64,000 nucleotides of DNA from Alphaproteobacteria bacterium (GTDB lineage: Bacteria > Pseudomonadota > Alphaproteobacteria > UBA828), in the NCBI GenBank assembly GCA_963422645.2, contig CAXXVO010000004.1, positions 288,001-352,000 of the forward strand, written 5' to 3'. A program made the position numbers and the translations under genes. Numbering within the stretch: the stretch's first letter is position 1; every line of letters begins with the position of its first letter. A model generated the notes under the pieces. That model was not told where the DNA came from and did not search any database. It saw only the letters and a list, made by a program, of their open reading frames with translations. Positions 1-10,270 of the stretch are shown here, piece by piece.

Positions 1-1014
1 ATGAAGGCCAGGAAGAGCAGGATCGTAGGCAAGCCGTAATAGCCCTTCGGCAGCAATGGCAGGAGACCGGTCTCGGAGAGAAGACCTTCCTTCAGCAGGG
101 CCGGCAGGGCGGCGAGCACGCCGCCGAAGCGGACACCGCGGGCGGCGGCGGCGAACTGCGGTTCGACCGGCCCCGCCTGTCCACAACTGGCCAGAACCCG
201 AGCCGGAACATCGCAAGTCGCACGCCCCATCGGCGCCTGCCGGTCCCGCCGATCGCGCGCGCTGCGATCCGTTTGCGGCTGCGCTTCCAGCCCCGGCGCC
301 GTCTCCGGCCCCGGGGCACCGGTACTCTCTTCATCGACACGGCCTTCAGGAGCCGCACCCGCGTCAGGCGGCGCAGCCAGCGCTGAGCGTCCGGGCTCCC
401 CATCCGCCTCCGTGTTGCCGATCAGTCCCTGACGGCGCCACTTGTTGACCGATGGCGCTGACACGCCGAGAACCCGGGCCGCCGCAGAGCCGCTCAGGCC
501 CGATGCCAGCAACGCCGTCGCCTTCTCCGCCAACTCCGGAGTGAACACCGACGGCCCGCGACCGCGCCGGGGCTTCATGAACCCCGCTTCGCCCTCGGCC
601 AGGTAGCGCCGTCGTGCGCGCTGCACCGTCGCGCGCGAGACAGCGAAAGCGTCAGCCAGTTCCTGCGGCGAGACCGCGCTGATCGCCGCGAGGCGGCCGA
701 TCCGCAAGAGCATGGCCGTGCGGTCATCGGCGGCGTGGCTGTCAAAGGGAATGAGGTTGGAAAAGTAGGTGAAGGTGTCGTCCGAGATCAGGACGGCGAA
801 GCAGCTGTTGCCGATCGAGACCGCCTCTGGAGGGCACATTGGGAGGGTACTGGGCATGGTTGAGACCCCGTGCAATTGGTATCAAATTATAATATCAGAC
901 CTCGGGCGCGACACCCAGCGAAAAACCGCCTGAAACAACCGAAATGTATCAGAATTCAAGGAGTTCCCGGCACGCTGCCCAGAACAGCCAGCATCACGAG
1001 GTCAGGAAGTCTGA
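1..1014 (-). mobile_element. Partial copy of the unclassified HTH-transposase IS (5' part and left end; runs off window)
   Basis: Near-identical to ~42474-43485; ends in IR GAGGTCAGGAAGTCTGA at 998-1014 and abuts internal IS66 transposase sequence. Confidence 0.9.
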
Positions 1015-1454
1015 TGCTTTTGAAGGCGGCGCGCGAGGTTGTGGCCGATGCGGCGTTTCTTTCGCCCTCGCTTTGCGATCTGGAGCGGCGGTTGGGCCTC
1101 ATGGAAGGCGATGGCTTCTTCGAGGATACGGTCCCATGCCCTTGAGATGCGGGCCACCAGGGAGGCGGGGACTTGACGGTCTTTCTCACGGGCGAAGCGG
1201 GCGGCCCTGCGCGCGCGCTGAAGCAGGCGGTGCATGCTCGCCGCCCATTCCTCCTTCTCGATGTCGATCAGGGCCTGGAGTTCGCGCAGGTGATGTGCGT
1301 TGCAGGCGCCGTGGCGGACGCCCTTGATGGTGAAGTAGGGGGCGAAGTCGTCGTGGACGAGGATGCCTTTCAGGTTCTTTTCGACATCGCCGCGTCCCTC
1401 GCCGATGCGCAGGACGGTGAGCAACGGGGTGCACAGCACATGGAGCCAGCGGGT
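1015..1454 (-). pseudogene. Internal fragment of IS66-A transposase
   Basis: Matches the TRWLHV...RLQKH segment of 35785-37323. Confidence 0.9.
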
Positions 1455-2322
1455 GTTTGCGAGGCCAAGAATGTGGACCCGCAGGAGGCCACAACTGGCC
1501 AGAACCCGAGCCGGAACATCGCAAGTCGCACGCCCCATCGGCGCCTGCCGGTCCCGCCGATCGCGCGCGCTGCGATCCGTTTGCGGCTGCGCTTCCAGCC
1601 CCGGCGCCGTCTCCGGCCCCGGGGCACCGGTACTCTCTTCATCGACACGGCCTTCAGGAGCCGCACCCGCGTCAGGCGGCGCAGCCAGCGCTGAGCGTCC
1701 GGGCTCCCCATCCGCCTCCGTGTTGCCGATCAGTCCCTGACGGCGCCACTTGTTGACCGATGGCGCTGACACGCCGAGAACCCGGGCCGCCGCAGAGCCG
1801 CTCAGGCCCGATGCCAGCAACGCCGTCGCCTTCTCCGCCAACTCCGGAGTGAACACCGACGGCCCGCGACCGCGCCGGGGCTTCATGAACCCCGCTTCGC
1901 CCTCGGCCAGGTAGCGCCGTCGTGCGCGCTGCACCGTCGCGCGCGAGACAGCGAAAGCGTCAGCCAGTTCCTGCGGCGAGACCGCGCTGATCGCCGCGAG
2001 GCGGCCGATCCGCAAGAGCATGGCCGTGCGGTCATCGGCGGCGTGGCTGTCAAAGGGAATGAGGTTGGAAAAGTAGGTGAAGGTGTCGTCCGAGATCAGG
2101 ACGGCGAAGCAGCTGTTGCCGATCGAGACCGCCTCTGGAGGGCACATTGGGAGGGTACTGGGCATGGTTGAGACCCCGTGCAATTGGTATCAAATTATAC
2201 TATCAGACCTCGGGCGCGACACCCAGCGAAAAACCGCCTGAAACAACCGAAATGTATCAGAATTCAAGGAGTTCCCGGCACGCTGCCCAGAACAGCCAGC
2301 ATCACGAGGTCAGGAAGTCTGA
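1455..2322 (-). mobile_element. Internally deleted copy of the HTH-transposase IS
   Basis: 1455-1491 equals 41131-41167, joined through CCA microhomology to sequence matching ~42655-43485; IR ends at 2322. Confidence 0.85.
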
Positions 2323-2397
2323 GTCTACGACATCGACGGGGCCTCGGAATCCGCGCGGCTCGTGTCACCTAAAATCAGCAGAGGTCAGGAAGTCTGA
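2322..2397 (+). mobile_element. Isolated 76-bp right end of the same IS in opposite orientation
   Basis: Reverse complement of 40972-41047, ending in GAGGTCAGGAAGTCTGA. Confidence 0.9.
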
Positions 2398-2625
2398 CCA
2401 TGTGACACCCGTCACATCTGGGCCGCGATTTCCTTTCCTGTAAATCTTGCCGCCATCGACTGCTGTAACCTCCCAAGACATGCCGATATTGTAAGTAACC
2501 TTGGTGCCAATCGGTGTCGGTTTCCACGTTCCATCCGGCTCTTCTGCGGCTATGGTGCTAGTTATGGACACCACCGAAACGACAAGCGCACACAATACGA
2601 ACTTGGGGATATCGAAAATTGCCAT
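2398..2625 (-). pseudogene. Secreted protein, 3'-truncated by IS end
   Basis: GGGAGGGG RBS, MAIFDIPKFVLCALVVSVVSITSTIA signal-like N-terminus; frame runs into the IS end at 2397. Confidence 0.6.
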
Positions 2626-2826
2626 GGCGCCCCTCCCGAGTATTCTTTTGCTTGAAGATTCGTAACTGCCCAGGTACCCCCTCTCTCTTATGGAACAAGC
2701 CAGTTCCTTTTGCGTCAACGCCCCCACGCCGCGGGGGTGCCTACTCTCTTGAGCGCGAGAGGATGATGAACGCCGCGTCGCGAACAAGATGAGAGGACAG
2801 CGATACTCAGGATGAGCCGGAGAAGT

Positions 2827-4368
2827 TCAGGAGCGCAGTATAGGGATCAGCTGCATCGGTTCCGGGTGCGCCAGGATTTGCAGGATGTTCCAGCCTTGCT
2901 TTCGAGCGGTGACGATGACGCTGCGGATTCCGGCGAAGTTGCAGGCGCCTTGCAGGGAGCGGAAGCCGCCTGAGATCTTCTCATGCACTTTGTTCATACG
3001 GATGTCACGCTCCGCCTCGTTATTCGTGAACGGCGTGCGCAGGTCGGTGAGGAAGCGCAGGCAGCCCTCCTTATGCTTTTGAAGGCGGCGCGCGAGGTTG
3101 TGGCCGATGCGGCGTTTCTTTCGCCCTCGCTTTGCGATCTGGAGCGGCGGTTGGGCCTCATGGAAGGCGATGGCTTCTTCGAGGATACGGTCCCATGCCC
3201 TTGAGATGCGGGCCACCAGGGAGGCGGGGACTTGACGGTCTTTCTCACGGGCGAAGCGGGCGGCCCTGCGCGCGCGCTGAAGCAGGCGGTGCATGCTCGC
3301 CGCCCATTCCTCCTTCTCGATGTCGATCAGGGCCTGGAGTTCGCGCAGGTGATGTGCGTTGCAGGCGCCGTGGCGGACGCCCTTGATGGTGAAGTAGGGG
3401 GCGAAGTCGTCGTGGACGAGGATGCCTTTCAGGTTCTTTTCGACACCGCGCGCGCTCACCTCGCCGATGCGCAGGACGGTGAGCAACGGGGTGCACAGCA
3501 CATGGAGCCAGCGGGTACGGGCGGCGATACGCAGGCCGGTCTCGTCGAGGTGCTTGACCGGCGCCTGCGTGCGGATCAGATCGGCGACATGGTCGAGGAA
3601 GCCCTCGAAGCGCTGCGCTGTGCGCCGGCCCATGGCGGCGATCGTGGCAGTGGAGATGGACACCGCGAAGATGTCGCTCATGAGTTCGGCCAGACGCTTC
3701 TCGGGCACGAACTGGGCGTACAGCAGGTAACTCACCCAAGCGGTGATGCGAGGGCCGTACTGGACCGGGGCGGTGACGCCCGGCGGGAAGGCGGCTCGTG
3801 TCAGCGTGCCGCATGCGCCGCAGAGGCAGCGATGGGCGCGGTGTTCGGTGACCTCGAGAGGCTGCGGCTCGGGTACGTCGAAGACCTGCCGACAGGCGGG
3901 CGCGCCTTGCCGGTCGGCGTCCGAGAGCTCGACGCCACAGCCGGAACAGGTGGAGGGGTGGTGATCGACGACACGGTCCGGGCTGTCGCTCCGCGCGAGG
4001 GTGGTTCCCTTGTGGCCGGGCTGGCCGCCACTGGGCCCGCCGGACTTTCCGCGCTGGCTTTGGGTGCGCCTCTGGGCTCCGCTTTTCTTCTTGAGCCCGT
4101 CGCTGGCGGGGGGCTTGCTGCTTGTGGTGCTGTTGAGGGCCGCGCTGCGCTCGAGTTCGGCGATGCGCTCGCGCAGGGCCGCGTTCTCCTGCTCGAGTGC
4201 GGCATTTTCCCGGGCGAGCGCGGTGGCTGATCGCAGCAGCCCCTGCCCCCATTCCCGGACGGCAACGACGACAGTGGTTGCGAGGGATGATGGCTCGAGA
4301 AGCTCCTTCAGGCAGCAGAAGGCCTCGTTACGGGCGGCGAGGTCTTCGTGCCAGTGCGACACCGTCAC
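2827..4368 (-). CDS. IS66 family transposase (TnpC-type)
   Basis: Coiled coil, SSKPPASD, GGQPGHKG, Cys-rich zinc motifs, DETG, TNNEAER; GTG start overlaps MTase stop (GTGA), start position inferred. Confidence 0.92.
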   Translation of the reverse strand: MTVSHWHEDLAARNEAFCCLKELLEPSSLATTVVVAVREWGQGLLRSATALARENAALEQENAALRERIAELERSAALNSTTSSKPPASDGLKKKSGAQRRTQSQRGKSGGPSGGQPGHKGTTLARSDSPDRVVDHHPSTCSGCGVELSDADRQGAPACRQVFDVPEPQPLEVTEHRAHRCLCGACGTLTRAAFPPGVTAPVQYGPRITAWVSYLLYAQFVPEKRLAELMSDIFAVSISTATIAAMGRRTAQRFEGFLDHVADLIRTQAPVKHLDETGLRIAARTRWLHVLCTPLLTVLRIGEVSARGVEKNLKGILVHDDFAPYFTIKGVRHGACNAHHLRELQALIDIEKEEWAASMHRLLQRARRAARFAREKDRQVPASLVARISRAWDRILEEAIAFHEAQPPLQIAKRGRKKRRIGHNLARRLQKHKEGCLRFLTDLRTPFTNNEAERDIRMNKVHEKISGGFRSLQGACNFAGIRSVIVTARKQGWNILQILAHPEPMQLIPILRS

Positions 4369-5030
4369 GTGTCTTCGGCCTCGACGGCCATCATGGCGGC
4401 GAGCACGGCGAGGCGTTCGCCCGGCGGCAAGGCCTGGTAGCGCCGGCCCCAGTTGGCTGCCTTGCGCTTGATGCGCTGGCGGTCGGTGAAGTTCCGGCCT
4501 GCGTGGCTGGCCCAATGCATCCGGTCGGGGGCGTAGTTGAACCAGACGACCTCGGTTCGCACCAGACCCTGGGTCGTGACCTGCAGCGCCAGCCGGCGCC
4601 ATCCCGCCAGCACCTCGTCATAGAGCGCCGACGGATGGCCCGAGATCATGACCTGGCAGGGCAGAGCCTTGAGCAGCGCGAGAAGCGCGACGTGGCCGGC
4701 CTCCTCGTACTCGAAGCGGTAGCGCTGCGCCGAGCGGCGGGTCGCGTGCAGATAGGGCGGATCGCTGTAAACCAGCTCCGGGCCCAGGAACGGGAACGAG
4801 GCCAGGAAGTCATGGGCACAGCCGTGAACCAGATCGACCGGGTAGTCGCAGACGAAGGCCTCGAGCGCCTGCGCATCGCGGTCGATGCCGATCGAACGCA
4901 CGGCCGGCGGCTTGCGCTTCATCAGCGCCCCGCCCCCAAGGTGGCTTTCGATGTAGACGGAGTGCGGCGGCATCAGCGCAATCAGCGCTTGGCACAGACC
5001 TGCTGTCGCCTTCGAGCCGAAATACCCCAT
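4365..5030 (-). CDS. Compact N6-adenine DNA methyltransferase (Dam/D12-like)
   Basis: YFGSK, ESHLGGG (SAM-binding motif variant), DPPY catalytic motif; 221 aa. Confidence 0.88.
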   Translation of the reverse strand: MGYFGSKATAGLCQALIALMPPHSVYIESHLGGGALMKRKPPAVRSIGIDRDAQALEAFVCDYPVDLVHGCAHDFLASFPFLGPELVYSDPPYLHATRRSAQRYRFEYEEAGHVALLALLKALPCQVMISGHPSALYDEVLAGWRRLALQVTTQGLVRTEVVWFNYAPDRMHWASHAGRNFTDRQRIKRKAANWGRRYQALPPGERLAVLAAMMAVEAEDT

Positions 5031-5182
5031 GGACCGCTCCCGTCACGCGAGAGAGCAGTCCATAGTCCCGCAACTCTATGAGGTCAAGAACCAATCGCGG
5101 TGGCAGAACCAGGCCGCGGCCGCCGCCATAATCACCGTCCTCAACTCAGGATTGGGGTACCTGGGTAGTTACGAAGATTCTC

Positions 5183-7061
5183 GTAACTGCCCAGGTTCTT
5201 GCTGTGAAAATTCTCTGGGATTCGGCGCAACGCTACCCACGCGACGCCCGTGTGCTCCTCTGTGGTCGCCGGGTTTCACAGCTCACGATGCCCCTCTTGC
5301 GGACTGCGACCGGTAAGCTACCCCGATGTGGCCCGAAGTCCGCCCGCGCGACGGGCACCGATTTTCATTCTATGGGGTGGTCCAGCACGGCGTCGACCAT
5401 GATCGTTTATGAGAATGGCTCCGCTGTTGGAGAACCCGTGCCAGGTGAGCTTACGCGCACTTGACGGTGGCGATGAGCCGATCCGATGGGCTGGTCAGGG
5501 CTTCGATGATATTCCAGCCCTGCTTTCTGGCGGTGGTGATGACGCTGCGCAGGATGGCGAAGTTCTCGGCCCCCTGCGCGGACCGGAAGCCCCCGGAGAT
5601 CTTCTGGCGCAGCTTCATCATCCGAAGGTCGCGCTCGGCCTCGTTGTTCGTGAACCCGACCTCGAGGTCGATCAGGAACCGGAGCACCGCGCATTTGTGG
5701 TCGCGCAGCCTCAAGGCCGGATTGTGACCGATCCTTCGCTTCCGGCGCTTCTTCCTCTTGCCAGGCGAGAACGGTGGTTGGCTCTCGTGAAAGGCCAGCG
5801 CATCGGCGATGATCTCGTCGTATCGGCGCTCGATCAGCGCCACAAGCCTCGCCGGAACGGCGATATCCTTGTCCAGCGCGATGCGGGCGGCGCGATTGGC
5901 TCGGCGCAGGAGCTGCTGCATCCGCCGGGCCCAAGCCTCCCCTTCGATGTCCACCAGCGCCTGCAACTCCCGCAGGTGATGGGCGTTGCACAGGCCGTGC
6001 TCCACCCCTTCCATCGCGAAGTACGGCTTCCAGTGATCGTGCACGACGATGCCGGAGACACCCGAGAGCAGGGCGCCGCGCTTGCCGCTGACCCGGTACG
6101 CCGCCAGCAGCGGCGTGCAGATCACATGAAGCCACTGCGTCTGACCGCCGATCCGCAAGCCGGTCTCGTCCATGTGTTTCACCCGCGCCGTGCCCGCCGC
6201 CAGGTCCTGTATGTGCAAGGCCGCGTCCCGCAGCCGCTCGGCCGCCCTCTCGCTCATCGTCGCCAACGTCGCAGCCGTCACCGGCGCGCCGAAGAGCTCG
6301 GCCATCACCTGCGACAGCCGATCCTCCGGCAGGAAGTGAGCGTGCTGAAGGTAGACCGCCACCCCGGCAATGCGCGGGCCGTACTGCACCGGCGCCGACA
6401 CCCCGTCGGGGAACGCCGCCCGGGTCACCGTCCCGCAATGCCCGCAGCACTTGGCATGCGCCCGGTGCTCGGTCACCTCCAGGGGGCTCGGCTCGGGCAG
6501 ATCGAACACCTGGCGGGCGACGGGCGTTCCCGCCCTGGCCGCGTCCGAAAGCGGCGAACCGCATCCCTTGCAGGAAGCCGGGACGTGATCCTTCACCCGA
6601 TCCGGGTGATCGGCGCGGCGCAGCGTCTTGCCCTTGTGGCCGGGCTGGCCACCGGGCTTGCGGCCCGATTTGCCGCGCAGGCTTCGGGTTCGCCGCTTCG
6701 AATTCGGCTTCCTCAGCCCATCGCTCGAAGGCGGCTTGCCGCTGTTGAGGCCGAGACGGCGCTCCAACTCCTCGATGCGCTCGACGAGACGCGCGACTTG
6801 CTCTTCCAGCCGCGCGTTCTGCTGCCGAAGCCAGGCATTTTCCTCCCGAAGCCGGGCGTTCTCCTCCTCCAGGCGGGCGATCTTCTGCGCGGGCGTTTCG
6901 GGCGCTGCTCCCGTCGAAGGGCCGCGCGGCGACTCGGGATTGCTCATGTCGTTGTTGAGTCATTTCCCGAAATTCCCGTCAAGCCCTTTCCACCAACTCC
7001 GAACGAGAAACGCCTCAATCCACTGGCCCAAAATGACAAATCAGACGACCTGGGCAGTTAC
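5183..7061 (-). mobile_element. IS66-family element B (single ORF), copy 1
   Basis: IR GTAACTGCCCAGGT at both ends; 1879 bp; flanks AGATTCTC / CAGGGGAG do not form a TSD. Confidence 0.95.
5451..6947 (-). CDS. IS66 family transposase
   Basis: KPPSSD, GGQPGHKG, DETG, TNNEAER; 498 aa. Confidence 0.95.
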   Translation of the reverse strand: MSNPESPRGPSTGAAPETPAQKIARLEEENARLREENAWLRQQNARLEEQVARLVERIEELERRLGLNSGKPPSSDGLRKPNSKRRTRSLRGKSGRKPGGQPGHKGKTLRRADHPDRVKDHVPASCKGCGSPLSDAARAGTPVARQVFDLPEPSPLEVTEHRAHAKCCGHCGTVTRAAFPDGVSAPVQYGPRIAGVAVYLQHAHFLPEDRLSQVMAELFGAPVTAATLATMSERAAERLRDAALHIQDLAAGTARVKHMDETGLRIGGQTQWLHVICTPLLAAYRVSGKRGALLSGVSGIVVHDHWKPYFAMEGVEHGLCNAHHLRELQALVDIEGEAWARRMQQLLRRANRAARIALDKDIAVPARLVALIERRYDEIIADALAFHESQPPFSPGKRKKRRKRRIGHNPALRLRDHKCAVLRFLIDLEVGFTNNEAERDLRMMKLRQKISGGFRSAQGAENFAILRSVITTARKQGWNIIEALTSPSDRLIATVKCA

Positions 7062-7135
7062 CAGGGGAGATTCGCTTTGCGTGCATGGCGGCTTTGGCGT
7101 TCAATCGGCCGCCACCATGGAGAGGGGAGAGTCGG

Positions 7136-8533
7136 ATGTCTGATCTGCACGAGCTGATGCTGACCGAGGTCGCGGCGAAGCTTCGGTCGCGGGAGGTGTC
7201 CGCCGCCGAAGTCACCGCCCACACGATCGCGCGGATCGAGCGGCTGGACGGCACGCTCCGGAGCTACGCCACCGTGATGGCCGACGTCGCGACCGCACAG
7301 GCGGCGCAGGCGGACGAGGAGATCGCGGGCGGCTCGGTGAGAGGCCCGCTGCACGGCGTCCCCTTCGGCCTCAAGGACCTCTGCCTGACGAAGGATGCCC
7401 CCACCCATGTCGGCTCGGTCGCGCTCCGCGACTGGTGCCCGGGCGTCGACGGCACCGTGGTGGCGCGTCTCAGGGAGGCCGGCACGGTCTTCGCCGGCAA
7501 GCTGCAGATGACCGAGGGCGCCTATGCTGTCCATCACCCCTCCATCGCGCCGCCGGTCAATCCGTGGCACCCCGACTACTGGACCGGCGTCTCGTCGAGC
7601 GGCTCCGGCGTCGCCACAACGGCCCGGCTCTGCTATGGCTCGCTCGGGACCGACACCGGCGGCTCGATCCGCTTCCCCTCGCAAGCCTGCGGCGTGACCG
7701 GGCTGAAACCCACCTGGGGCCGGGTGAGCCGGGCGGGCGCCTTCGCGCTCTCCGAGACCCTCGACCACATCGGGCCGATGGCCCGCTCCGCCGCCGACTG
7801 CGCCGCGATCCTCGGCGTCATCGCGGGCGTCGACCCCGACGACCCGACCACCGTGCAGGCTCCGGTGCCGGACTACCTCGGCAGCATCGACGCCGGCATC
7901 GAGGGCATGCGGATCGGCCTCGACGAGGCCTATTGCTCGGAGGGTGTGGACCCGCGCGTGACCACCATGGTGATTCAGGCGGCCGACGTGCTGCGCGGGC
8001 GCGGCGCCGACATCCGGCCCATCGCCTTCCCCGATGCCACGGTCATGGTGGACCGCTGGAACGATTTCTGCGGCGCGGACACGGCCATCGCGCACGAGCC
8101 CTACTACGAGGCGCACAAGGCCGACTACGGGCCCGTGCTCTCGGGCCTGATCGAGGTAGGGCTCGCGCTGAGCGGGGTCGATCACGCTCGCATCTTGATC
8201 GAACGGGACAAGTTCATCGGCGCGCTCAATGCGGTCTTCGCCGATGTCGACGCGATCATCATTCCCTCGCAGCCCTACCCGACACCCACCAACGCCTTCA
8301 TGGACACGTTGGGGGCGGAGGAAGGCTCGGTGGAGCGGCTGATTTCGTTCACCGCCCCCCACGACATGGCAAGAACGCCCGCGATGTGCCTGCCCGGCGG
8401 CTTCGACGAAGAGGGCGTGCCTTTGGGCTTCCAGATCGTGGGACCGCAGCTCAGCGAGGAGCGGCTGCTGCAGGCGGGGCACGCCTACCAGCAGGATACC
8501 GACTGGCACAGCCGCACGCCGCCTGCAGCCTGA
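7136..8533 (+). CDS. Amidase (amidase-signature family)
   Basis: LKD, GVSSSGS, GTDTGGSIRFP motifs; start chosen after GGGGAG RBS. Confidence 0.92.
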   Translation: MSDLHELMLTEVAAKLRSREVSAAEVTAHTIARIERLDGTLRSYATVMADVATAQAAQADEEIAGGSVRGPLHGVPFGLKDLCLTKDAPTHVGSVALRDWCPGVDGTVVARLREAGTVFAGKLQMTEGAYAVHHPSIAPPVNPWHPDYWTGVSSSGSGVATTARLCYGSLGTDTGGSIRFPSQACGVTGLKPTWGRVSRAGAFALSETLDHIGPMARSAADCAAILGVIAGVDPDDPTTVQAPVPDYLGSIDAGIEGMRIGLDEAYCSEGVDPRVTTMVIQAADVLRGRGADIRPIAFPDATVMVDRWNDFCGADTAIAHEPYYEAHKADYGPVLSGLIEVGLALSGVDHARILIERDKFIGALNAVFADVDAIIIPSQPYPTPTNAFMDTLGAEEGSVERLISFTAPHDMARTPAMCLPGGFDEEGVPLGFQIVGPQLSEERLLQAGHAYQQDTDWHSRTPPAA

Positions 8534-8546
8534 GGGAGATGCCAGC

Positions 8547-10001
8547 ATGACGGCAAAGGGCGAGCTCTGGCGACTGGGCGCGACCGAAGTCGTCGAATTG
8601 CTCCGCCGGCGCGAGGTCTCGCCGCTGGAGCTGGTGGAGGCGAGCACGGAGCGGATCGCGGCGACCGACGGCCACCTCAACGCGATCCCAACGCTCTGCA
8701 TCGAGCGGGCGCGCGCCCATGCCGAGCGGATCATGGCGGACGATTCCGACACCGAGCGCCCGCGCGGCTGGCTCGGCGGCGTGCCGATCGCGGTCAAGGA
8801 TCTGGTGGAGGTCGAAGGCGTGCGCACCACCTGGGGCTCGCCGATCTACGCCGACCATGTGCCGCCGCGCTCGGACATCGCGGTCGAGACCCTGGAGGCG
8901 CGCGGCGCCATCGTCATAGGCAAGTCCAACACGCCCGAGTTCGGTGCCGGCGCCAATACCTTCAACGAGGTTTTCGGCAAGACCCGCAACCCGTGGAACA
9001 CCGACAAGACCTGCGGCGGCTCCTCCGGCGGCTCGTCCACGGCGCTTGCCACCGGCCAGGTCTGGCTCGCGACGGGCTCGGACTTGGGCGGCAGCCTGCG
9101 GATTCCCGCGAGCTTCTGCAGCATCTTCGGCATGCGGCCGAGCCCGGGCCGCGTGGCCCACGGCCCGAAGCACCTTCCCTTCGAGGGGTTGATGGTGGAC
9201 GGCCCCATGGCGCGCAACGCGCGGGACTGTGCGCTCATGCTCGATGCCATGAGCGGCGCTCACCCGGAAGACCCGCTCTCCATCGAAGCGCCTGCGGAGA
9301 GTTTTTCGGAAGCAGTTGCAACGCTGCCGCCGCCGAGCCGGATTGCCTACAGCCCGGACCTGGGCCTGCTACCGGTGGAGCGCGAGGTCGCCGCCGTCTG
9401 CGCCGGCGCCGTGGAGACGCTCGCTGGCGACGGCATGGAGGTCGCGGAGGCGTGCCCGGACCTCTCCGGCGCGCTCGATGTGTTCCAGGTGCTGCGCGCC
9501 GCGCTCTTCGCCGCCGACAAGGGCGAGATGCTGGAGACCCACCGCGGCGCGCTCAAGCCCGAGATCATCTGGAACATCGAGAAGGGACTCGCGCTCGACG
9601 CCGACAGGATCGCGCGGGCCGAGCGCGCGCGTGGCGCCATCTACCAGCGCTGCGTGCGCTTCTTCGCGCGCCACGACGTGCTGGTTTGCCCCTGCGTGAT
9701 CGTGCCGCCCTTCGACGTGGACACGCGCTGGATCGACGAGATCGATGGCCACCGCTTCGACAACTACGTGGATTGGCTGGGCCTCACTTTCGTGCTGACG
9801 CTGACCGCGTGTCCTTCCGCCTCGGTGCCGGTGGGCTTCACGGAATCCGGGCTGCCGGTGGGCCTGCAAATCCTCGGGCCGCCGCGCGGCGAGGCAGCGG
9901 TGCTGCGGGCAGCGGCGGCGATCGAGGAGGCAATCCCGCTCGGGACCGACATCCCCATCGACCCGCGTGGCGCCGACGGCGCCCTACTCCCGCTCGCCTG
10001 A
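8547..10001 (+). CDS. Amidase (amidase-signature family)
   Basis: VKD, GGSSGGS, GSDLGGSLRIP motifs. Confidence 0.93.
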   Translation: MTAKGELWRLGATEVVELLRRREVSPLELVEASTERIAATDGHLNAIPTLCIERARAHAERIMADDSDTERPRGWLGGVPIAVKDLVEVEGVRTTWGSPIYADHVPPRSDIAVETLEARGAIVIGKSNTPEFGAGANTFNEVFGKTRNPWNTDKTCGGSSGGSSTALATGQVWLATGSDLGGSLRIPASFCSIFGMRPSPGRVAHGPKHLPFEGLMVDGPMARNARDCALMLDAMSGAHPEDPLSIEAPAESFSEAVATLPPPSRIAYSPDLGLLPVEREVAAVCAGAVETLAGDGMEVAEACPDLSGALDVFQVLRAALFAADKGEMLETHRGALKPEIIWNIEKGLALDADRIARAERARGAIYQRCVRFFARHDVLVCPCVIVPPFDVDTRWIDEIDGHRFDNYVDWLGLTFVLTLTACPSASVPVGFTESGLPVGLQILGPPRGEAAVLRAAAAIEEAIPLGTDIPIDPRGADGALLPLA

Positions 10002-10270
10002 CTCCTCCCTGCGCGCACGCTTCTGCTTTTGGGCCCGCGACCTTGCTTTCGCGCCTTCTGTCCAAAACGGCCAACCCGGACATGAGGGACTCGGTGTTTG
10101 TCGGCGCATGGGTTTGGTGCCGATTGGCGCGCTAACCCTTTGATCTCGCTGGATTGCGAGGGGTCAACAAGGCGCGCTTGGCAACAGGCGAGGAAGACGT
10201 GAGTGGGTCCCAGGCGGTGCCTGGAGCACATGCGAACGGCACAATGACGGGTCTTTGGGGGTTTCCGACA

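Larger units (their letters stand above)
2662..5172 (-). mobile_element. IS66-family element A carrying a DNA methyltransferase, copy 1
   Basis: IRs GTAACTGCCCAGGTACCCC / GGGGTACCTGGGTAGTTAC; 8-bp TSD GAAGATTC (2654-2661, 5173-5180). Confidence 0.95.

Noticed and set aside
3440-3465. Local difference EVSARGVEK versus EGRGDVEK in IS66-A copy 1
   Set aside because: Clustered small indels in a GC run; cannot be separated from sequencing error.
4369-4602. N-terminal 78 aa of the 591-aa transposase ORF call
   Set aside because: Overlaps the MTase out of frame; the GTG at 4368 overlapping the MTase stop is the more plausible start.
4365-5030. Restriction-modification system
   Set aside because: No endonuclease-like ORF inside or beside either copy.
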